DNA from: an uncultured bacterium
Lineage (GTDB): Bacteria > Armatimonadota > UBA5829
Direction: 5' to 3'
DNA: 64,000 bases
Assembly (NCBI GenBank): GCA_964611645.1
Contig: CAZTAO010000012.1
Coordinates: 44,688-108,687 of the forward strand
Part shown: positions 17,867 to 25,824 of the stretch, one piece after another
Numbering within the stretch: position 1 is the stretch's first letter
Layout: every line of letters begins with the position of its first letter
Program-made: the position numbers and the translations under genes
The notes under the pieces: model-generated
The model's database searches: none
Told to the model about the DNA's origin: nothing
Seen by the model: only the letters and a program-made list of their open reading frames with translations

Positions 17867-18601
17867 ATGAGTCTGGATGGCAAAGTAGCGGTTATCACCG
17901 GCGGCGCATCGGGGATCGGCAAGGCCAGCGCCAAGGCATTGGCGGCGATGGGAGCGAGTGTCTGCCTGTGCGATTTGAGCCTGGCATCGGCCAAGGCGGC
18001 GGCAAAACAGATAGGTCCGCTGGCTTCGGCCTGGCAGGTTGATGTCTCGGACTCTGCGCAGGTCAGCCGGGTGTTCGGAGCCATCGAGGTCATGATGGGA
18101 AGCGTTGACATACTGGTCACCGCAGCCGGAGTCCCAGGCCACGGGCTGGTGTCCACTCTTGACGATGACACCTGGCAGAAGGTTATGGACATCAACCTCA
18201 ACGGCGTGTTCTACTGTATGCGTGAAGCTGTGAAGCAGATGCTGCGCAAGGGCGGCGGATGCATAGTCAACATCTCCTCGATATGCGGGGTTATGGGCTG
18301 CGCCACCTGCCCAGCCTACTCGGCATCCAAGGCCGGGGTGATAGGCATCAGCAAGTCGGTAGCCCGCCGACATACCGAGGACGACATAAGGGTAAACGTA
18401 GTCGCGCCGGGCTTGGTCGACACCCCATTCGTCGAACCCGACCGCGAGATGGGCAAGCTGGAAAACGGCATCAAGAAAATCCCAATGGGCCGAATGGGCA
18501 CCCCCGAGGAGATAGGAGACCTGGTAGCCTACCTATGCACCGACTCCGCCTCATTCATAGCCGGCCAGGTGATAAGCCCTAATGGGGGACAGATGATCTA
18601 G
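17867..18601 (+). CDS. SDR family oxidoreductase (second FabG-like copy)
   Basis: Motifs: TGGASGIG, the catalytic YSASK and PGLVDTP. Confidence 0.85.
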   Translation: MSLDGKVAVITGGASGIGKASAKALAAMGASVCLCDLSLASAKAAAKQIGPLASAWQVDVSDSAQVSRVFGAIEVMMGSVDILVTAAGVPGHGLVSTLDDDTWQKVMDINLNGVFYCMREAVKQMLRKGGGCIVNISSICGVMGCATCPAYSASKAGVIGISKSVARRHTEDDIRVNVVAPGLVDTPFVEPDREMGKLENGIKKIPMGRMGTPEEIGDLVAYLCTDSASFIAGQVISPNGGQMI

Positions 18602-18616
18602 GGAGATCGCGCGAAG

Positions 18617-18654
18617 GTGTTTCGGGATTTGAGCCGCAGCGGAAATCCCGAAAC
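18617..18654. repeat. REP-like hairpin, family A (GTGTTTCGGGATTT...AAATCCCGAAAC)
   Basis: A 12-bp perfect stem, located 16 nt after the SDR stop. Other copies are at 40437-40513, 40537-40575 and 62615-62660. Confidence 0.85.
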
Positions 18655-18669
18655 GAGAAAAGCCCCCAG

Positions 18670-19281
18670 ATGACAACACCAACGGTTAGTGCTATCATAA
18701 GCACAAGCAACCAGCGGGAGGCAGGCGTGAGCAGATCGAAAGCGACAGAAGCGACGGTAGTGGAGCAGTCGGAGGAATTTCGCCCATACAGCCGAGAGGT
18801 TCAAAGGCGGTATTACATTCTGAACGCGCCGATAGGGCTGCTTCTGTTCTTGGGATATTGCGCCGTGTGGTCCCAAGAGAATCTCAGAGGCTTTGAGAGA
18901 CTGGTCGTGTGGTTGTACGCCCTCTTCCTGCTTGCGCTGCCAGTATATGGTGTGTATGAATGGACATGCAAGCGGAGAGTGGTCTTCTCTGCAGCAGGGG
19001 TTGTCATTGATAGACTACAAGTGATTCCGTGGCATCGTGTAGTCGGTGTGAAGAGAACTCAGGTGAAACCCTGGTTGGTTCGAGCGGGGCAAGAAAGGCT
19101 TCTCGTTCAGATGGCACCGGAAAGAGCGATTCGAGTTACCGGCGCGTGGTCGCTGTTGCGTCGGGTTCAGCAGGCCTTGGCTCCCAAACCGCAGGAGTTC
19201 GCTCACTTCATACACCCGCCAGAGGTCATTGACCAGATCGTAGCCGCGATGGAGAAGTACTCAGGCAAGGATTTCCACTAG
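18670..19281 (+). CDS. Hypothetical membrane protein (two TM helices plus a PH-like C-terminal region)
   Basis: 203-aa ORF with hydrophobic segments APIGLLLFLGYCAVW and LVVWLYALFLLALPVYGVY. I recognise no family, and the start is uncertain. Confidence 0.5.
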   Translation: MTTPTVSAIISTSNQREAGVSRSKATEATVVEQSEEFRPYSREVQRRYYILNAPIGLLLFLGYCAVWSQENLRGFERLVVWLYALFLLALPVYGVYEWTCKRRVVFSAAGVVIDRLQVIPWHRVVGVKRTQVKPWLVRAGQERLLVQMAPERAIRVTGAWSLLRRVQQALAPKPQEFAHFIHPPEVIDQIVAAMEKYSGKDFH

Positions 19282-19377
19282 CCTTACGCTGAAGGAACCG
19301 CCCCCTAACCCGCCTTTCGCAGCATTGATCCGCGAAGCTGCTTTCGGCCAGCGCCTCCTGGCGCGGAGGGGGGATTA

Positions 19378-20238
19378 CTAACCCTTCACCCCCGAAACCA
19401 CCACTCCCTGTATGAAGTACTTCTGCCCGATGATGAAGATTATCAGCAGGGGCAGCATTACGACCGTGGATGCGGCCATCAGGTAGTTCCAGTCTACCGC
19501 GTATTGGCCTTGGAAGGCGTATAGGCCTAGCGCGAGGGTGCGTTTGGCGGGGGAGTCCAGGTAGATTAGCGGACCAAGGAAGTCGTTCCAGCTTCCCATG
19601 AAAGCGAAAATCGAGACTGTCGCAAGCGCGGGTTTCATCTGGGGCAGCAGCACGTGCCGGTAGACCTGCCAGGTGCTCGCGCCGTCGATTCTGGCGGCTT
19701 CGTCCATCTCTCGGGGGATGGTCATCAGGTACTGCCTGAGCAGGAAGATGAAGAACGGCGCGCCGAAGTAGCTTGGGACGATGAGCGGCAGGAATGTGTC
19801 GTACCAGCCAAGGGTCGCAAAGATCTTGAATACCGGAATCATAGTCACCTGCGCTGGCAGCATCATCGTTGAAAGCAGCACAACAAACAGCACGTCCCGA
19901 CCCGGGAACCGCATCCTTGCAAACCCGAACGCCACCAGCGAGCTGGATATAAGCTGGCCTATCAGCGACAGCCCGGTTATCTGCAGGGTGTTCCATGTAT
20001 ACAGGGCGAACGGCAGCCGCTCGAAGGCCTTGGTGTAGTTGGACCACAACCACGGGTTGGGAATCCACTGGATTGGGTCGGAGAAGATGAACGTGGGATC
20101 CTTGAACGATGATCCCAGCATCCAGACGAACGGGATCAGCGAGACCACTGACCCGACAATCAGGACGGTGTAGCCAATGATCCGCCAGATGCGATTGGAC
20201 CTGCCCTGGTTTCGACTTCGCTCAACCAATGGCTTCAT
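19378..20238 (-). CDS. Carbohydrate ABC transporter permease (CUT1, MalG-like)
   Basis: Six-TM permease with the EAA-type loop MTIPREMDEAARIDGAS..QVYRHVLLP. ATG 20238 overlaps the upstream TGA (ATGA). Confidence 0.9.
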   Translation of the reverse strand: MKPLVERSRNQGRSNRIWRIIGYTVLIVGSVVSLIPFVWMLGSSFKDPTFIFSDPIQWIPNPWLWSNYTKAFERLPFALYTWNTLQITGLSLIGQLISSSLVAFGFARMRFPGRDVLFVVLLSTMMLPAQVTMIPVFKIFATLGWYDTFLPLIVPSYFGAPFFIFLLRQYLMTIPREMDEAARIDGASTWQVYRHVLLPQMKPALATVSIFAFMGSWNDFLGPLIYLDSPAKRTLALGLYAFQGQYAVDWNYLMAASTVVMLPLLIIFIIGQKYFIQGVVVSGVKG

Positions 20239-21146
20239 CGCTTCAACTCCGACTCATAGTAGACCCACGCGCTCGAGGCTTTGAGCATCAGGAGCGTGAG
20301 CGCCAGGATCACCAGAAACAGTATCCACGCCAGCGCGCAGGCGTAGCCCATCTTGAGATACATAAACGCGTTCTGGTAGAGGTACAGCACATAGAACAGT
20401 GTGGAGTAGGCGGGCCCGCCCTGGGTCATGACAAAGGAACTGGCGAACACCTGGAAGCTGCCGATTATGCTCATTATCAGGTTGAACAGAATAGTCGGCG
20501 AGATCATCGGCAGGGTCACATTGCGGAACTTGCTCCGACTCCCCGCGCCGTCTATTTCGGCTGACTCATAGAGCTGCGTGGGCACGCTCTGCAGGCCGGC
20601 AAGGTAGATAATCATCCCACCGCCAACTCCCCACAGGCTCATCAGGATGAACGATGGCAGCGCCCACTCCGGGGTGGTCAGCCACGGCACCGGCCCCAGA
20701 CCGACCTTGCCCAGCAGCACGTTCAGAATACCGCCGTACGGCTTGAACAGCATCAGCCACAGCATCGACACCGCAATCGGGGGCAGGATCGCCGGAATGT
20801 AGAATATCGCCCGGAACGCCCGCATGCCCCGCAGGTTCAAATTGAGCAGCATCGCCAGAGCCAGAGAGCAAGCCAGCCCGAGCGGCACCGACAGCGAAGC
20901 GTAGATGAGAGTCACCTTGAGAGACTGCCTGAACCGGAAGTCGTCGGCGACAATGGTGGCATAGTTGCCCATCCCAACAAACTCAGGAGAGTTGATCATA
21001 TCCCACTTGGTCAGGCTGATGATAAGTGAAAAGATCACCGGTCCCACCGTAAGAAACAAAAAACCAATCAGCCACGGCGATATGCAAAGGAACCCCTCGA
21101 TGGCTTCCTTGCGGCGCATCTGTGAAAGTTTGGGATGGTTTGTCAT
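20235..21146 (-). CDS. Carbohydrate ABC transporter permease (CUT1, MalF/UgpA-like)
   Basis: RRKEAIEGFLCISPWLIGFLFLTVGPV is a typical N-terminus. EAA loop: LYESAEIDGAGSRSKFRNVTLP. ATG 21146 lies 5 nt after the SNF2 stop. The track start 21155 is a TTG. Confidence 0.9.
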   Translation of the reverse strand: MTNHPKLSQMRRKEAIEGFLCISPWLIGFLFLTVGPVIFSLIISLTKWDMINSPEFVGMGNYATIVADDFRFRQSLKVTLIYASLSVPLGLACSLALAMLLNLNLRGMRAFRAIFYIPAILPPIAVSMLWLMLFKPYGGILNVLLGKVGLGPVPWLTTPEWALPSFILMSLWGVGGGMIIYLAGLQSVPTQLYESAEIDGAGSRSKFRNVTLPMISPTILFNLIMSIIGSFQVFASSFVMTQGGPAYSTLFYVLYLYQNAFMYLKMGYACALAWILFLVILALTLLMLKASSAWVYYESELKR

Positions 21147-21151
21147 TCTAC

Positions 21152-22615
21152 TCAATCCCTATGTCCCTGCATTTGTGTTGGATGGCGTGATGCCGTTTGT
21201 CTCCGCTTCGGCGGCTGCATATCGAATAGCCCGAATATGTCTGCCTCCGTAAGGTACTTCTGCAGGTCCAGGCAAACGTCGTCAACGTACTCCGAGAACA
21301 GAGCTTTCTTTGCGAGCAGTATCTGCTGGATGCGCTCTTCTATGGTGCCCTCACAGATGTACTTGTAGACGTTTACTCCTCTGGTTTGACCGATTCTATG
21401 CGTCCTGTCCTCTGCCTGAAGCTCACTTGCAGGGTTCCACCACCGGTCAAAGTGAAACACGTAAGAGGCGCTCTGAATGTTCAGACCGACGCCACCGGCC
21501 TTCAGAGACAAGATCATCACGCCCGCCTCGTGGTACTTCGTGAATACCTCAATAGCCTCCTGCCGCTGGTCAAGACCCATGTCGCCTGTGTAAATGACCG
21601 GCGTGAACCTGGCCAGAGCTTTCCGAAGCCTCCTTACACCGAATTCCTCGCTCGTGTACTGAGAGAATATGAGGGCCTTAGCACCCGCTTCGTGGAGCGA
21701 AGCCAAGCGCATTTCGATGTCGTTTAGCTTAGAGGAGCGGCCCGTTCGCAGGGAGAAGTTACAGACTTGTTTGAGCTTGGTTATAAGCGCAAGCACGTCT
21801 GTCACTGTAACGCTCTCGCCCTTTTCGAGAAGCTCTACTCTGCCTTCAGTAAACAGTTGGTCATATTCGTCGCGTTGATCACGCGTCAGTGATACCTCCA
21901 ACTCAGTGATAATCTTTGCCGGAAGCCTTTCGAGAACGTCTGCCTTTTTTCTCCGTAGTTGCACTTGCTGAAGTATGTCCGGTATGTCCGCATCCCGGAT
22001 AGCCGCCAGTCGCCTGCCACCTGCGCCATCTCGCAGGACAAAGGACAATATCGTGCGCAGGTCTTCCACGCTGTTTTCGAGTGGTGTTCCGGTGAGCGCC
22101 CATCGCCTTTGAGAATGCAGTCGCCTTGCTGCCATGCTGACGCCGGAATCGGGGTTCTTGATTCGCTGCGCTTCATCCAGGCAGATCAAGTCCCAGCCAG
22201 GGAAGTCCGGCCTTGGGGCCACCGCAATCCGCACGTCGTTGCGAAGAGTTTCATAGCCAACTATCTTAACGTGAACATCAGACCGCCACTTCCATCTGCG
22301 CTCACACTGCGCACCGCTAATCTCAATGACTCTGAGATCAGGCGCCCACTTGGCGAGTTCGCTCCGCCAGTTACGCAGAATGCCAGCCGGCGCCACTATC
22401 AGGACTCTTTGCAGTTCACCACGGCGGATCAGCAGCCGCATCGCGGCAATGGCCTGGATGGTCTTGCCTAGTCCCATGTCATCGGCGAGAAGGACGCCTG
22501 GCTTCTCCATCAACACGCCTATGCCCGTTTTCTGGAAGCTGTAGAATTCGTCCGGCCACTCGATTGGACCGGACATAGACAAGGAAGTGTCCGGTGGGGA
22601 TTGGAGAATTGTCAC
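21152..22615 (-). CDS. Compact SNF2-family helicase/translocase (cassette gene D)
   Basis: GTG 22615 has AGGA 7 nt upstream. Motif I DDMGLGKT, motif II DEAQRIKN, motif III LTGTPLEN. Helicase-C: SLKAGGVGLNIQ...FDRWWNPASELQAEDRTHRIGQ. I see no accessory domains. Confidence 0.9.
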   Translation of the reverse strand: MTILQSPPDTSLSMSGPIEWPDEFYSFQKTGIGVLMEKPGVLLADDMGLGKTIQAIAAMRLLIRRGELQRVLIVAPAGILRNWRSELAKWAPDLRVIEISGAQCERRWKWRSDVHVKIVGYETLRNDVRIAVAPRPDFPGWDLICLDEAQRIKNPDSGVSMAARRLHSQRRWALTGTPLENSVEDLRTILSFVLRDGAGGRRLAAIRDADIPDILQQVQLRRKKADVLERLPAKIITELEVSLTRDQRDEYDQLFTEGRVELLEKGESVTVTDVLALITKLKQVCNFSLRTGRSSKLNDIEMRLASLHEAGAKALIFSQYTSEEFGVRRLRKALARFTPVIYTGDMGLDQRQEAIEVFTKYHEAGVMILSLKAGGVGLNIQSASYVFHFDRWWNPASELQAEDRTHRIGQTRGVNVYKYICEGTIEERIQQILLAKKALFSEYVDDVCLDLQKYLTEADIFGLFDMQPPKRRQTASRHPTQMQGHRD

Positions 22616-22639
22616 CGCAGTATCCTTGCTTTGCAGAGC

Positions 22640-23905
22640 TTACTGAAGCTCGCTATCGAGTGGTTCTTCTTCTCGTGCCAAGTCGTCGTCTTCGGAGTAA
22701 TCCTGCACCACTTCATCCACCACGACCTCGGGCCTGTAGTCCGGGTTGAGAAGTATGAGGTCCCATTGTGTGATCCAGGACTTGAGGTGCTCGCGGACGG
22801 AACTCGATGCTCCTCTTCTGCAATCGGCTAGGTGGGGCGCTTCCCAACCAAAGGCCACGCAGTGCAGTCGCCGCACACGTTCCTGCAAGTCATCCAGTTC
22901 GTCGGCCTGGGCGCGTCGCAGCCGCATGCTTTTCTTGAGCAGCTTCATTCCCGTCTCCGCCGCGCGAGCCAACTCCTCGTCTCCCGGCCTGCCTCTCGAG
23001 CGCAGCCACGCGGGTATTTCCTCCGAGTCGTTCAACTTGCCGTCCGCATGCTCCCAAAACTCAGCGGCAACAGCGAAGACAGGCAGCAACCCGCAGACCT
23101 GAAAGTCCTTCATCATCCCCGCAAGTCTCGCCACCTGGGCATAGGACTTGGCGCGCTGAAGCCGTGTGTAGCGAAGAATCAGCTCGACCTCATCGATAAG
23201 GACTATCCAGCCGCCGTATCCCGCCGCGCGGAACAGGCGCGGGAGAAACCGCCACAACTGACCTGCCAACTCCTGCTGGCGGATAGCCTTGACACGGTAG
23301 TTCTTATCCTGTCCTATCTCCTTGAGGGAAGCGCGAAGCTCAACTGTCCTCATCGGATAGCCGGACCATTCCATGGCTATCTTGTCCAGCAACTCGTCGC
23401 TTCCAATGGGCCGCTCCTCGAACACTTTGACAATCGGAGCCAGCCTGCTCTCAAAACTCGCGTCTTCATGAACCCACTTGAACAGTTCGGCGAACTCCTC
23501 GGTGTTGGTCTTCAGCGTGAAGAGTATCTCAGGCACCGCGCGCCCGGTCTTGTCGCTCACAACCGCCGTCTCCGCGGCTGACCGCAGAAGCTTCAGTGGA
23601 TTGGAGAGCGCAGTCTCTTTGCTGACAACCACATGGCTGCATACGCAGTGGTGTTCGAATGCCTCGTGACGGAGGTACTCGAGAATGTGCGACTTGCCCG
23701 CGCCGAACCCCCCGGAGACAACAAGCGAGTTCCTGGATGCCGCGCCGGTTGTTGCCGATTCCCTCATATCCCGCAGGAGATCAGCGAACTTCTGGGTCAC
23801 TTCGCCCTGGAACACACCGAGATGCCTGACTGCGTCACGGTTAGGCACTCCGGATCGCAGGGCCTCAATTGCTCTTCTAGCCTGTATCTTGTCACCATTG
23901 CTCAT
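22640..23905 (-). CDS. P-loop ATPase, DUF2791 / BREX BrxC-BrxD-like (cassette gene C)
   Basis: The N-terminal ARRAIEALRSGVPNRDAVRHLGV helix is followed by Walker A VVSGGFGAGKSH and Walker B GGWIVLIDEVE. The C-tail is acidic (DYSEDDDLAREEEPLDSE). The family call is from recollection. Confidence 0.75.
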   Translation of the reverse strand: MSNGDKIQARRAIEALRSGVPNRDAVRHLGVFQGEVTQKFADLLRDMRESATTGAASRNSLVVSGGFGAGKSHILEYLRHEAFEHHCVCSHVVVSKETALSNPLKLLRSAAETAVVSDKTGRAVPEILFTLKTNTEEFAELFKWVHEDASFESRLAPIVKVFEERPIGSDELLDKIAMEWSGYPMRTVELRASLKEIGQDKNYRVKAIRQQELAGQLWRFLPRLFRAAGYGGWIVLIDEVELILRYTRLQRAKSYAQVARLAGMMKDFQVCGLLPVFAVAAEFWEHADGKLNDSEEIPAWLRSRGRPGDEELARAAETGMKLLKKSMRLRRAQADELDDLQERVRRLHCVAFGWEAPHLADCRRGASSSVREHLKSWITQWDLILLNPDYRPEVVVDEVVQDYSEDDDLAREEEPLDSELQ

Positions 23906-23911
23906 GTTGTC

Positions 23912-24889
23912 TTAGCCCGCCCCATCTCTCTCGTCCGCCGCGTGGACCATAGCCGCCAGGAGATTCTGGCAACTCGCGTCGTGAGCCTCGTTCCTTAGCC
24001 TGTTGTTCAATGCGTAGTAGTCTTTTAGCGCTCTGGCCTGACCAGTCTCGAACTCTATCGGAGCGACAGCGCAGATGAGGCAGTGAAGTGTTTCGTCCAT
24101 ACCATCGATGAATTCCCGCAGCACCTCACAGGCATCGAGGAATCCCGCTTTGGTGTAGATGAGGGAAGTCGCATCTTTCGCCGCGCCTCTCGCGCGCTGC
24201 TTGAGCAATGCGCTCAGTTCGAGACCGATAACAACACCGGAACCCGTGGATTTCGCCAGCCAGTGGGTCAGGCTCTTGAACATATCTCTGGCATTGTGCC
24301 GCTCTATCCGCGAGTAGATTCCCAACTTCCGAAGAGCTGCCAGGCTCACTTTCTCTCCCCGAAGCCAGCCGATCAGGATACTCGCGTCCTCAGCTCCGAC
24401 ATCGCGAGGGAAGAACTGGGATGCGCGAATCCTCGCGAGAGCCGTCCGCAGTTCCTTGCACATGCCGTGGTCCCGTATGATCTCTTCATTTGTGGCTCTG
24501 CGTATTGCTGCCGCCAGTTCGTTCTGGGTGCATCCATTGAACTCCGCTATTGCGGCAATGTCTCCCAGTCCCGCTCCCGGAGGCAGGCCATAGTCATGCC
24601 TGGAGAGAAAGCTCTCTGCGTCACTGGTGGCCAGGGCTTCCCAATCTATGGTCCTGGTGATCGCCAGGAGAAGCTGGTCAATCCGGTCGACTCGGGTCTC
24701 GGAAGCAGATACCTGGGCATAGAAGAAGCCACGCTCCCCCGCAAGTTCGCGAATTCCAAAGAGAGTGGAAGAATTTTGCTCCTCATTCTCTGTCAACACG
24801 AGCTTGAACGCGGAGCCACCGTTCTTGATGAAGTCGCTCAGGTAGTACTCGTCGATTACGTTGAGCCAATTGGCAGCACAGGGTACCAT
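23912..24889 (-). CDS. Uncharacterised protein, apparent Walker-A-less paralogue of the adjacent ATPase (cassette gene B)
   Basis: ATG 24889 lies 4 nt after the gene A stop, with GAGG upstream. FKLVLTENEEQNSSTLFGIRELAGERGFFYAQVSASET aligns with LVVSGGFGAGKSHILEYLRHEAFEHHCVCSHVVVSKET. GSGVVIGLELSALL aligns with YGGWIVLIDEVELIL. Confidence 0.7.
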   Translation of the reverse strand: MVPCAANWLNVIDEYYLSDFIKNGGSAFKLVLTENEEQNSSTLFGIRELAGERGFFYAQVSASETRVDRIDQLLLAITRTIDWEALATSDAESFLSRHDYGLPPGAGLGDIAAIAEFNGCTQNELAAAIRRATNEEIIRDHGMCKELRTALARIRASQFFPRDVGAEDASILIGWLRGEKVSLAALRKLGIYSRIERHNARDMFKSLTHWLAKSTGSGVVIGLELSALLKQRARGAAKDATSLIYTKAGFLDACEVLREFIDGMDETLHCLICAVAPIEFETGQARALKDYYALNNRLRNEAHDASCQNLLAAMVHAADERDGAG

Positions 24890-24893
24890 ATTC

Positions 24894-25679
24894 CTACCTC
24901 GCTATCGGGTCAAATCGGACGGTGCAGTAAAGCCGTCGCTGCCCCTCCCGGGTTATGATCTCCAGGACTTTGGACTTGTCCCGTGTTCCGCTGCTTTGTT
25001 CAAAACCTGCTACGTACCCACCGATTTCCAGTTGCTCTCCGGAGAAGTCCAACAGATAGATGTCTCGCACAAACTCCTGCTCGGAGTAGTCGCTGCCTGG
25101 GGCTGCCGATAGCACTTCATACATGTCCTTGAGGAAGATCGGCTTGCCGTGCCACAGCTCTGACTTCTTCAGATTGGCGGAGGCAAGCGCCTTGTACACT
25201 TTGAACAGAGAGCGCAGGAATCTGCCGGCGGGGAACTTGCTGGGCCGCTTCTGTATATCGCGGAGAATGGTCGCCAGTGTCTTGGGGCGCAGACGACTCT
25301 CCATCTTCTTGTCTATCCGCGCCGCAGTCATATTCGCTTCCAGCCTTACAAGCGCGGGGTAGACGTATAGCACGTCGCCCAGCGGGTAACTGCTGACATC
25401 AGCGTCCGCGAGGCCCGAGGCCAGTTCCTCTCTGTATTCGGGTGAACCGAAGTACTCGCCCAGACTCTGGTCTTCCCAAAATGCCCTGAAAGAACGGATT
25501 CCTTCAGCCGCACTCGACAGCGCCTCTTCCGCTTCCGCCAGTTTCTTGTCGATAGTTCGGATTGCGCCGTCACCCAGCATCTTGTGCGAAGATGCCGCCG
25601 CTGCGGCGCCCTTCTTTGCCGCCTTCAAGGTAGGCTCCAAGTCTGCGAGTCCAGCTACAATAGTCTCTTCAAAAGTCAT
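24894..25679 (-). CDS. Uncharacterised protein, no recognisable domain (cassette gene A)
   Basis: ATG 25679 (MTFEETIVAGL...) has GGAG 8 nt upstream. It encodes 261 aa, with a helical Ala/Glu/Lys-rich N-terminus, and is the first gene of the operon. Confidence 0.65.
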   Translation of the reverse strand: MTFEETIVAGLADLEPTLKAAKKGAAAAASSHKMLGDGAIRTIDKKLAEAEEALSSAAEGIRSFRAFWEDQSLGEYFGSPEYREELASGLADADVSSYPLGDVLYVYPALVRLEANMTAARIDKKMESRLRPKTLATILRDIQKRPSKFPAGRFLRSLFKVYKALASANLKKSELWHGKPIFLKDMYEVLSAAPGSDYSEQEFVRDIYLLDFSGEQLEIGGYVAGFEQSSGTRDKSKVLEIITREGQRRLYCTVRFDPIAR

Positions 25680-25751
25680 TGTTTCGTCTCCACACCTCGT
25701 CCAATCCCACAACTTCGGCTCGAACCAACATCATGTCAGTTGAGCGCAACA

Positions 25752-25780
25752 ATCATATCAACACGGCACAATGAAGTCAA
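25752..25780 (-). promoter_or_regulatory. Near-consensus sigma70-type promoter for the four-gene cassette
   Basis: The minus strand reads TTGACT (25780-25775), a 17-nt spacer, then TATGAT (25757-25752). This lies about 70 nt upstream of the gene A ATG, in an AT-richer 145-nt gap. Confidence 0.45.
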
Positions 25781-25824
25781 CGCAGACCGCATTGCGAGCA
25801 CATCCGGCATTCCGCCCCTTGGCG

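Noticed and set aside
21152-25824. The cassette as a classical mobile genetic element or prophage remnant
   Set aside because: I could find no integrase, transposase or recombinase, no tRNA target, and no flanking direct or inverted repeats at the boundaries by eye. It is reported as an embedded operon, not as a mobile element.
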